Shown: piece after piece, positions 37,496 through 45,458 of the stretch
How the letters are laid out: every line of letters begins with the position of its first letter
Numbering within the stretch: position 1 is the stretch's first letter
Source of the DNA: an uncultured Dehalococcoidaceae bacterium
GTDB taxonomy: Bacteria; Chloroflexota; Dehalococcoidia; Dehalococcoidales; RBG-16-60-22
Reading direction: 5' to 3'
Assembly: GCA_964493435.1 (NCBI GenBank)
Contig: CAZBMB010000003.1
Location: 194,016 to 258,015 of the forward strand
DNA: 64,000 bases
The notes under the pieces: generated by a model
Seen by the model: only the letters and a program-made list of their open reading frames with translations
The model's database searches: none
Told to the model about the DNA's origin: nothing
Translations under genes and position numbers: made by a program

Positions 37496-38515
37496 TTATG
37501 GTTTCAGCACTATCTTAAGCTGGTCCGGGTCTTCATCGGCCAGTTTGAAGGCCTCCGCCACCTTTTCCAGAGGAAAAGTTGATGTTATCAGTGGCTCTAT
37601 CTGTATCAGTCCATGATGCGTGACCTTCAGGCAGTCGGGAGTCCAGACCTGGACCTGCTGGGGTGTGTAGTGGCGGAAGGCAACGGAGCGTATATCCAGG
37701 GATTCATGGTGCCAGCGCTGGAAATTATCTATCGTTATGGAGTGCAGGAAATCGCCCTGGAAGACCATGATGCCCATTGGTTTTACGATATTTGTAGCCA
37801 GATTCATGTACTCTTCCACGGTGGGGTCAATGTAGGCGGCGGTCTGCGCCACCAGGTCAAACCCTTTGCCTTCAGTCAGTTCCATGGCCACGTCATAGGC
37901 GTTAACCTTGGTCGTGTTGAACACATTATCGGCACCCAATTTTTTGGCCATGTTGAGTCGGAAATCGCGGTTGTCAAAGACGGTGACGGAGAGGGCGCCG
38001 CTTTTCTTCAGGCCCTGGGCGACAATCTGGCCGATGAAATTGGCGCCGGTGACGGCCACCGCGTCGCCGAGCTTGATGCCGGAGCGAAATACCACGTAAA
38101 CGAACGGGCAGGTTGTCTCTCCCAGCGACGCCAGTTCCATGTCCATTTCCTCGGGTACAGGCACCACATCCATGGGGTGTGCCACCCAGTAGTCTGACAT
38201 GCCTCCCGGTGTGATAGTCCCGGAAACGCGAGGGCTGTGCATCAGAATAACGCGGTCACCTTTCTTGTACTCATGGACTCTGGCACCGACGGCGACCACG
38301 GTGCCGCCGGCCTCATGGCCGACAAACATGGGGTAATTTGGTTTTTCGTGGCGCTTGGCGTGGAAGTAATACCCCTTGCGGTACATCTGGACATCGGCCA
38401 GGCAGATTGACGCCGAGTGAGTCTTGACCAGAATCTGGTCGGGCGCCGGTTCGATATCCCTCTCAATCAGGTTTATCTTTTTAATGCCTTCCAGCACGGT
38501 GGAACGAACTTTCAT
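37496..38515 (-). CDS. zinc-type medium-chain alcohol/polyol dehydrogenase
   Basis: 339 aa. GHEAGGTVVAVG and the VTGANFIGQ Rossmann motif. Confidence 0.85.
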   Translation of the reverse strand: MKVRSTVLEGIKKINLIERDIEPAPDQILVKTHSASICLADVQMYRKGYYFHAKRHEKPNYPMFVGHEAGGTVVAVGARVHEYKKGDRVILMHSPRVSGTITPGGMSDYWVAHPMDVVPVPEEMDMELASLGETTCPFVYVVFRSGIKLGDAVAVTGANFIGQIVAQGLKKSGALSVTVFDNRDFRLNMAKKLGADNVFNTTKVNAYDVAMELTEGKGFDLVAQTAAYIDPTVEEYMNLATNIVKPMGIMVFQGDFLHSITIDNFQRWHHESLDIRSVAFRHYTPQQVQVWTPDCLKVTHHGLIQIEPLITSTFPLEKVAEAFKLADEDPDQLKIVLKP

Positions 38516-38536
38516 AAGTCCTCCTTTTATTTTGAT

Positions 38537-39559
38537 TTATAATTCTAACGTTATGGGCTGGTGGGTGGCGGCGGATTGCTTGGCGGCATCAATGATGGCC
38601 AGCTGAGTCAGTATCTGGAAATAGGTGACGATGGGCTCACGCTTCTGCGCGATGGCGCTCAGGAATTCCTGCATCTGGGCGGCAAACTGGTGAAAACGGG
38701 GAGTGTCACTTTTTACCACTTCGCCGTTGACCAGCAGGTCGCCGCTGAAAACGCCCACCATCTGTCCCGGAATATGACCGCCGCGCTGGACGATGTCTAT
38801 TCTACCCCTGGGGCCGGCAATCCAGCACTCGTGCTTTGTGGGCCTGTTATTGACAGAAAGGATATTAGTCGCCATGGAATCATCGTCAAAGCGCATGGTA
38901 ATGGTAATCTCGTCCATGCCTTCGAAATCGGGGTTAATGGAGCGGGCCTCAGCATAGATGCGCACCGGTTTTCTGCCCTCGTAAATCCATAGCGTGTAGT
39001 CAATGGTATGGGCGCCATACATGGTGAAGGCCATGCCACCGGTCTTGGCCTCATCCTTCCACCAGGGTGGGGCGGTATCTCTGGTAAAGGGGGCGGCGAA
39101 GATATAGAGCAGGTCAAAAGGCTGGCCGATTTCACCGTTTGCCACCCTCTGCTTGGCCTCCCACAGCGCCCACATGAAGCGGAACGACTGGCCGGCCATG
39201 AGGACCACCCCTTTTTCCTGGGCTTTGGCAAGCGTCTTCTTGCCCTCGGCCAGACTTAGCGCCCAAGGCTTCTCGATAAGGACGTGACGGCCGGCATCCA
39301 TGACCTGGCAGGCTACCGGGTGGTGGAGGTGGTGGGGCAGGCAGACAACGCATGCCTGTATCTCCGGGTCCTGTAACGCTTTTTCAACGCTGAGGTAATA
39401 TTTCGTCTTATGCCGCTCGGCCGTGGCACGGGCGCGCGTCTCATCGATGTCTACCACGGCGGCGACAAATGCCCGCTCTGAGTTCTGGCTGATGCCGTCC
39501 AGGTGGCTCTCGCCAATTCTGCCCAGCCCAATAACCGCAACGCCGATTTTATCCTGCAT
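38537..39559 (-). CDS. Gfo/Idh/MocA-family oxidoreductase
   Basis: Start refined to the ATG at 39559 (MQDKIGVAVIGLGRIG). A TATAAT (reverse strand) at 39602-39607 would put the track's upstream TTG start in the 5' UTR. Confidence 0.8.
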   Translation of the reverse strand: MQDKIGVAVIGLGRIGESHLDGISQNSERAFVAAVVDIDETRARATAERHKTKYYLSVEKALQDPEIQACVVCLPHHLHHPVACQVMDAGRHVLIEKPWALSLAEGKKTLAKAQEKGVVLMAGQSFRFMWALWEAKQRVANGEIGQPFDLLYIFAAPFTRDTAPPWWKDEAKTGGMAFTMYGAHTIDYTLWIYEGRKPVRIYAEARSINPDFEGMDEITITMRFDDDSMATNILSVNNRPTKHECWIAGPRGRIDIVQRGGHIPGQMVGVFSGDLLVNGEVVKSDTPRFHQFAAQMQEFLSAIAQKREPIVTYFQILTQLAIIDAAKQSAATHQPITLEL

Positions 39560-39712
39560 ACCTGATATAATTTCCTTTCCTGTTTTCCTGGTATCAGCCA
39601 ATTATAGAACAAAACGGCGCTGCAATAAAAAATTTCTACGATTTGAAGGACGGAAGTGGTTTGTAACACTTGAGGAAACTGAGGTTAGAAGAGAGATAAT
39701 TGGAAGTAGAGC

Positions 39713-39790
39713 AAGCTGTACAATAGACAGAACTTTTTGCCTTGCTTTTAGTATTACATAGCTGGATTGGTTCGAATCCCCTCAGCTTGG
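39713..39790 (+). other. tRNA-like relic (acceptor stem plus T-loop only)
   Basis: CAAGCTG (39713-39719) pairs perfectly with CAGCTTG (39783-39789) at tRNA-like spacing, and GGTTCGAATCC sits at 39769-39779. The D and anticodon arms do not fold and the T stem is only 3/5 paired. Confidence 0.3.
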
Positions 39791-39825
39791 GGATGAGCCC
39801 AAGTCGCTACCTAATTTTATGACTT

Positions 39826-39887
39826 TTGACATAGGGTGACTCACTGTTGTAGTATGTAGTATACGATACGTCGTATACTACATACTA
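39826..39887 (+). promoter_or_regulatory. candidate promoter (TTGACA-18-TAGTAT) overlapped by a 38-bp perfect palindrome abutting the tauE start codon
   Basis: -35 at 39826-39831; -10 at 39850-39855. The inverted repeat has 17-bp arms (39850-39866 / 39871-39887) and a 4-nt spacer. Each arm contains tandem GTAGTAT heptamers. Confidence 0.6.
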
Positions 39888-40639
39888 TGGATGCACTAAA
39901 ACTAATTGAGGTTGCTGCACTGGCATTCCCTGCCGGTATGCTGATGGGGGTTATTGGGGGTGGAGGGGGTGGTTTCTATGTTATTATATTAACCTTTGTA
40001 TTCAATCTGCCCATTAAGCAGGCGATTGGTACAGCTTTAGCTACCAGCACGGTGACGGCACTGTCTGGAGTTATCGGGCACTGGCGTCACGGGAACCTAG
40101 AAAAAGAAAGTACCGTTTATCTTGGTGTCACCGGAGTATTGGGCGCTGTAGGTGGCGCTATTTTGGTCCAATATTTATCCTCCACCCTTTTAAAGTATAT
40201 GGTTGTAGTGTTTTTTGCCGTCATCGGTCTGCTGGGCCTCATTCGAACTAACCGTTGGCAATCGGGAAGTAAATTAACCCGGAAGAATAAGGTTACTTTA
40301 CTCATCCCGGCTGGTCTTATCTCGGGAATAGTAAGTGGTGCTTTCGGGTTGAGTGGTTCCACACCGCTGTCCTCTTATTTAATCTCTTTTACTTACCTAT
40401 CACCCCCGGTTGCCGTCGGCACGACGCTGACAGCAGTGCTAGCCACAAGTTTGGCCGGTGCTGTTGTCCATTATCAGCAGCAGGCTATAGATTTTAAGCT
40501 GGTACTGGTTATGAGTGCCGGGTCAGTTATCGGTGCTTACCTGGGGGCAAAACTAACTGCTGTCATAAATAAAAAAGTGCTGGCAATCGTCCTTGCCATA
40601 CTGGCTCTGGCATTCGCCGTTTATCTGGCATTACATTAA
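39887..40639 (+). CDS. TauE/SafE-family (sulfite/anion exporter-type) membrane protein
   Basis: 250 aa with about 8 TM helices, Gly-rich; typical TauE pattern. Confidence 0.75.
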   Translation: MDALKLIEVAALAFPAGMLMGVIGGGGGGFYVIILTFVFNLPIKQAIGTALATSTVTALSGVIGHWRHGNLEKESTVYLGVTGVLGAVGGAILVQYLSSTLLKYMVVVFFAVIGLLGLIRTNRWQSGSKLTRKNKVTLLIPAGLISGIVSGAFGLSGSTPLSSYLISFTYLSPPVAVGTTLTAVLATSLAGAVVHYQQQAIDFKLVLVMSAGSVIGAYLGAKLTAVINKKVLAIVLAILALAFAVYLALH

Positions 40640-40655
40640 CAATAAGGAGGGACTG

Positions 40656-41126
40656 ATGTCTGCAGAAAATGATGAGCTCATAGTAGCTGCCAGAGAAATC
40701 GTTGATAATCTTAAGGTCGTGGGCCAATTCTTGCGTCGCGTCACCGATGCCGACATCGCCCGCAGCGGTCTTACCGCCCCGCAAATAAGCGTTCTGGATG
40801 TGCTTGCTGAAACTGATGGCCTGAGCCTAAAAGAACTCAGCGATCGTGTAGCCTTGTCCCACAGTACCGTATCAGGCATCGTGGACCGCCTTCAACGCCG
40901 GGGGCTGGTACACAGACAACAAGATGCCATAGACCGCCGTTTTACCCGTATTTTCTTGGCGGAAAGAGTGAAAAATTACCTCCAAAATAAGATGCCTAGC
41001 TTCAAGCTAAATCCGCCAATTTTGGAAGCATTTCGCCCCGCTAATCCGGAAGAGAGAAGCCAAATTCAAGAAGGGCTAGCCACACTGCGCCGCCTCTTGG
41101 AAGAATATACTAAGCCTGCAAAATGA
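40656..41126 (+). CDS. MarR-family transcriptional regulator
   Basis: Start refined to the ATG at 40656 after AAGGAGGG. wHTH sequence LTAPQISVLDVLAETDGLSLKELSDRVALSHSTVSGIVDRLQRRGLV. Confidence 0.85.
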   Translation: MSAENDELIVAAREIVDNLKVVGQFLRRVTDADIARSGLTAPQISVLDVLAETDGLSLKELSDRVALSHSTVSGIVDRLQRRGLVHRQQDAIDRRFTRIFLAERVKNYLQNKMPSFKLNPPILEAFRPANPEERSQIQEGLATLRRLLEEYTKPAK

Positions 41127-41202
41127 TATAATTCGAATAGTCGGACGAGCATAATCAGTAGAGATAACCTCAAGCCTGTTACTAAGAAGGAAATTGAAAT
41201 AG

Positions 41203-41781
41203 ATGATTATAAATACGATTGCAGCCGTCGTGGTTATTATCACTGTCCAACTTTATTACGTGATATCGGAAACCAGGATGACCAAGCGCACTACACGGGG
41301 AATGGACAACTCGGCCGATAGGGGAACACGTAAGCTAGTGTGGATACTTAGTGCTATAGCTTTCGATGGCGCATGGCTCCCGGTAATATTTGGTTTCGGC
41401 AAACTGTTTGTTCTTGGTGCTTGGCTGACTTGGGTCGGTGTAGTTGTCATGATATCCGGAGTTGCCTTCCGGCAGTATGCAATCAATTCTCTGGGGAAGT
41501 TTTTTACGGCGACAGTTCAGATTCGTAAGAATCACCAATTGATCAAGGATGGCCCTTATCACCATATTCGGCATCCGTCATATTTAGGGCTCCTCATCTT
41601 AGCCCTGGGGAACGGTGTTGCTCTAGCCAACTGGATTTCCCTGCTGCTGTGCATCGCACTTCCGACAATCGGGATAATACGGCGAATTAAGGTAGAGGAG
41701 AAAGAATTGTACCGCCACTTCGGCGAGCAATATCAAGACTACCGGAAAAGCACCTGGCGTCTTATACCGCACGTATATTAA
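41203..41781 (+). CDS. isoprenylcysteine carboxyl methyltransferase (ICMT/PEMT)-family membrane methyltransferase
   Basis: 192 aa. Contains GPYHHIRHPSYLG...EEKEL. Confidence 0.75.
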   Translation: MIINTIAAVVVIITVQLYYVISETRMTKRTTRGMDNSADRGTRKLVWILSAIAFDGAWLPVIFGFGKLFVLGAWLTWVGVVVMISGVAFRQYAINSLGKFFTATVQIRKNHQLIKDGPYHHIRHPSYLGLLILALGNGVALANWISLLLCIALPTIGIIRRIKVEEKELYRHFGEQYQDYRKSTWRLIPHVY

Positions 41782-42097
41782 AAAGTCTGGCACATTGTCG
41801 ATTTTACAATTAAGTAGGTTGTTGACCAGGCATCATTGCACAATTTAGCGAATTGTTAAACCATGTAACATTTGCCCAAATTGTTAAATCACACAATCTG
41901 ACGCTTTGTTGCATAAGTCTTGTTTAAGCTGATTCATTTGCTAAATTAGCATCAACCGTTGTATCCATAATTAGATGCCAAGGAAATAGAAGAGACAAGA
42001 AGCTCTCTTACGATTATAACCGCACTTAAACAGAGCCTGTTGCCGTTTGACAAGAGCAGGTTATTGATATATTTTATTTCTATTGGGTGAGGGAGAA

Positions 42098-43753
42098 ATG
42101 GTTAGGAAGAAGGAAGAAGGGCAGCAAGTTAAGTACAGTGAAGACCTAGATTTATCCTTTCAGGCCATAGTTGATGGCATAGAAGATGAACTCATCGTTA
42201 TCGATAGAAAACACCGAGTCATATTTGCCAATGCAGCCGCACGCGGTAAATTACCTAAGGTAAGCGAGTCTCCCATTGGGGAGTTTTGCTATAAGATTCT
42301 GTATGGCAGATACAAACCTTGCACTACACCTCTTTGGGAGTGTCCTTTAAATAAAGTCCTGGAAAGCGGCAGGATAGTAACAGTCATCCACCCATCTCAC
42401 AACCTTGGCAATGATACATTTCTCGAGATCAGTGCCTATCCTGTTCATGACAGCAATGGTGATATCAAAGGCATAGTAGAGCTTAGGAGAGATGTTACTG
42501 CTTCTAAAGAGCTAGAAAGCCAAGTACTCAGGCAGCATCATGAGCTTTTAGCTTTGAGTCGGGTCTCGGCGGCACTGAGCGGGTTGTGGGACTTGGACGC
42601 TATCCTCAGGGTGGCCCTCAACAGTGTGTTGGATATCATGAATGGCAATATTGGGGGAATACTACTTTTTGATGAGCAGAAAAAGACGCTATCATATCGT
42701 GTCCACCAGGGTCTGAGCGCGAGATATGTTGAGGGTATACATCTCAATCCTGGGGAGGGGGTTGCAGGCAGGGTCGCTCAGACAGGTAAATCGCTTCTCT
42801 TGGAGGATATTTCAGCCGATCCTCGCCCCGCCAACCCCGACCTTATAAGTACGGAGGGCCTAAAAGCTTTTATCAGTGTTCCCCTCAGAGCGAAAGACAT
42901 GGTTCTAGGTGTTCTAAATGTTGCCAGCAAAATGCCACGTCAATTCACCGAAAACGACATGCACCTGCTAAATTCGATTGGGGACCAGGTCGGTGTTGCT
43001 ATTGAAGAGGCAAGTCTACACGAACGGCTGAGGAGGGCCAGGGAAAGGTACCAGAAGCTGGCGCGACAGACATTAATGGTGCAAGAGGAAGAACGCAAAA
43101 GACTAGCGGGTGAGCTGCACGATGAAACCAGCCAGGCGCTTTCCGGCATAGAACTCCAGTTGCAGGCATTAATAGATTCGCATGAGATGTCCGGCAGCAA
43201 AGACACCAGATTCGTTGCTGGATTGAAGAAGGTACAATCCTTAGCCATCCAAGTACATGGTGAGATAAGCCGGCTAATAGCTGCCCTCCGCCCTGCCCTT
43301 ATAGATACATTGGGACTAGTACCTGCTATCCGCCAGTATGCCGAGAACAGTCTCCGTCCTTTAGACATTAACCTGTCGGTGGAATCCGAGGGTATGGATA
43401 ACCGCTTGCCACCTGAGATTGAAGCCGGAATTTTCCGTTGGGCGCAGGGCGCCATCGGCAATATTGCTCAACATTCCAAAGCATTAAATGTGCGCATCAT
43501 TCTTAGATGTAAGGATAATGAGCTTTACATCGAGATAGCAGATGATGGTGTCGGCTTTGATGTTTCCAAAATCACTGATATTGAAGAAAGCGGACGTGGC
43601 CGGGGAGTATTCGGTATGAAAGAAAGGATTGGACTGCTCGGTGGTTCCTGTGGAATCAAGTCCAAACCCGGTCAGGGAACCATTGTCCGAGGCAGGGTGC
43701 CGATAAGCTTGGATGCTGAAAATGAAGCCAATAAAAGTAATAGTAGTAGATGA
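42098..43753 (+). CDS. cytoplasmic PAS-GAF sensor histidine kinase (HisKA_3/NarL-partner type)
   Basis: Start probably the ATG at 42098 after GAGGGAG. PAS domain with a Cys-rich insert, GAF domain, H-box AGELHDETSQ, and HATPase GRGVFGMKERIGLLGG. Confidence 0.85.
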   Translation: MVRKKEEGQQVKYSEDLDLSFQAIVDGIEDELIVIDRKHRVIFANAAARGKLPKVSESPIGEFCYKILYGRYKPCTTPLWECPLNKVLESGRIVTVIHPSHNLGNDTFLEISAYPVHDSNGDIKGIVELRRDVTASKELESQVLRQHHELLALSRVSAALSGLWDLDAILRVALNSVLDIMNGNIGGILLFDEQKKTLSYRVHQGLSARYVEGIHLNPGEGVAGRVAQTGKSLLLEDISADPRPANPDLISTEGLKAFISVPLRAKDMVLGVLNVASKMPRQFTENDMHLLNSIGDQVGVAIEEASLHERLRRARERYQKLARQTLMVQEEERKRLAGELHDETSQALSGIELQLQALIDSHEMSGSKDTRFVAGLKKVQSLAIQVHGEISRLIAALRPALIDTLGLVPAIRQYAENSLRPLDINLSVESEGMDNRLPPEIEAGIFRWAQGAIGNIAQHSKALNVRIILRCKDNELYIEIADDGVGFDVSKITDIEESGRGRGVFGMKERIGLLGGSCGIKSKPGQGTIVRGRVPISLDAENEANKSNSSR

Positions 43754-44372
43754 CCATACCATTGTCCGAGACGGCATTTGTGCCCTGCTGGCGCTTGTAC
43801 AGGACATTGAAGTTATTGGCGAAGCAAGTGGCGGAACTGAAGCGCTGAAGCTGGTCAAGAACTTGGCGCCAGATGTCGTGCTCATGGATATAGCCATGCC
43901 GGACATGGGTGGATTGGAAGCTACCCGTCGGATATGTAAAGAATTCCCCAAAACAAATGTGATCGTCCTGACGCAGCATGACGATAAGGAGTTCGTATTA
44001 CCCATTATCGAGGCCGGAGCCTTAGGGTTTATTAGCAAAATCGCCGCATCTTCCGAGCTTGCTTCAGGGATCAGGTCTGTCTTCCGCGGGGATTCCTATC
44101 TTTCTCCCTCGGTTGCCAAAGTTTTAATTGAAGATTATAAACAAAAAGGCAGCCGGGGTAGTTCTGACACCTACACCCAGTTAACCGAACGGGAGCGAGA
44201 AGTACTCCGATTAGCAGCGGAGGGACACACTACTCAGGAGATTGCGGACACATTAGTGATCAGTCCCAAAACAGTGGAAGGCCACAAGACGAGCCTCATG
44301 GCTAAGCTTGATATCCATAACCGTACTGAATTAATCAAATATGCCTTGCGCAAGGGCATCATTAGCGTTTAA
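43713..44372 (+). CDS. NarL/FixJ-family response regulator (REC + LuxR HTH)
   Basis: 219 aa. VVDDH...PDVVLMDIAMP...LTQH, then LTEREREVLRLAAEGHTTQEIA. Overlaps the end of the kinase gene. Confidence 0.9.
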   Translation: MLKMKPIKVIVVDDHTIVRDGICALLALVQDIEVIGEASGGTEALKLVKNLAPDVVLMDIAMPDMGGLEATRRICKEFPKTNVIVLTQHDDKEFVLPIIEAGALGFISKIAASSELASGIRSVFRGDSYLSPSVAKVLIEDYKQKGSRGSSDTYTQLTEREREVLRLAAEGHTTQEIADTLVISPKTVEGHKTSLMAKLDIHNRTELIKYALRKGIISV

Positions 44373-44642
44373 ACTCTGGCACACCTCTTGATTGCAATAT
44401 CAAGCTTCCGCGGAATATCCCCCCATGTCTATATGCACACTGCGGTTGAACGCTTTTCACAAGCCTGTCCAAGGGCAGGACTCCAGAGCGTGTGCAGGGG
44501 AAATTCCATCGAAATTCGAGAGTTAATACCTATTCACTTTGAGGGACAAACCGCTTTCCTGCCTATCTGAACTCAGTCTATTCTTACAGTAGTGGCTTAG
44601 AATATCCAGATGGCTGAAAATATGGGCAACAGGAGGCCCGAG

Positions 44643-45446
44643 ATGAGCATGAAAGCTAAAATTCTAATTGTCGATGATGATGTTGATTTTATAGAAGCGC
44701 TGAAGAAATCCTTGGAGACCAAGGGCTGTCAGGTGGTAATCGCGGGAAGCAAGGATGAGGCCACAGAAGTGGTTAACGACCAGAAGCTTGATATGGTCAT
44801 CGTGGGCACAATCAGACCTCGAGGCGCTGCATTTCAACTTCACGTTTGGCTGAAAGATACCCCGCAGTTCAGCGATATACCACTCCTTGTTATCGATGCC
44901 CCAGTAGAAGAGCGCTTAATCAAAGGGTGGCTCATGGATGAAGGCTTGGAGCTTCGGGCGGAAGATTATGTAAGTAAACCGATCAAATCGGCTTCACTTG
45001 TACCACGGATTGAAAAATTATTGGTTAAAGCAATCCACATGATCAAGGTGCTGGTGGTAGATGACCACGCGGTCGTCAGGGAAGGAATCCGCGCTTTGCT
45101 GGCCCTGCAAAAAGATATGGAAGTAATTGGTGAAGCTGAGAACGGGAAAGAAGCGATTGATAAAGTGCAGCAGTTACTTCCAGATGTGGTCTTAATGGAT
45201 ATCGTCATGCCCGTGATGAGCGGTTTAGATGCCACAAAGCGAATAAATAAAGATTGCCCTCAAACAAAGATTTTGATGCTAACTCAGTACGATGATAAAG
45301 AGAACATGTTTGTTGCCAAGCAGTCGGGAGCATACGGATTTGTCGCCAAAAAGGCTGCCAGTTCCGACCTTCTGACTGGTATTAGAACGGTCAGTGCTGG
45401 TAGATATTTCCCTCGAGCTTTTGCTTACGTAACCGCAAACTGGTGA
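44643..45446 (+). CDS. tandem receiver protein (pseudo-REC + NarL-type REC, no output domain)
   Basis: Start refined to the ATG at 44643, 6 nt after AGGAGG. REC1 has Gly where the phospho-Asp is expected (KLDMVIVGT). REC2 is canonical (PDVVLMDIVMP, LTQ, AKK). Confidence 0.8.
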   Translation: MSMKAKILIVDDDVDFIEALKKSLETKGCQVVIAGSKDEATEVVNDQKLDMVIVGTIRPRGAAFQLHVWLKDTPQFSDIPLLVIDAPVEERLIKGWLMDEGLELRAEDYVSKPIKSASLVPRIEKLLVKAIHMIKVLVVDDHAVVREGIRALLALQKDMEVIGEAENGKEAIDKVQQLLPDVVLMDIVMPVMSGLDATKRINKDCPQTKILMLTQYDDKENMFVAKQSGAYGFVAKKAASSDLLTGIRTVSAGRYFPRAFAYVTANW

Positions 45447-45458
45447 CAAGGCGCTCAT

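Noticed and set aside
39423-39761. 112-aa plus-strand ORF and 72-aa minus-strand ORF in the GFO upstream/intergenic region
   Set aside because: They overlap the GFO N-terminus and its promoter, have no RBS, and show no recognisable fold. They were treated as noise.
39760-39795. The tRNA-like fragment as an att direct repeat of the tRNA-Glu/tRNA-Gln 3' ends (classical island boundary)
   Set aside because: It is on the opposite strand, and beyond the generic GGTTCGAATCC T-loop it does not match either tRNA's T-stem or acceptor sequence. No integrase is present.
44377-44395. Sigma54-like element TGGCAC-N5-TTGA just after the response-regulator stop. A second TCTGGCACA occurs at 41786-41794, after the ICMT stop
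   Set aside because: The -12 element reads TTGA, not the near-invariant TTGC, and the second copy has no -12 element at all. No sigma54 activator (AAA+ EBP) is encoded nearby. A shared 9-mer in 64 kb is expected by chance.
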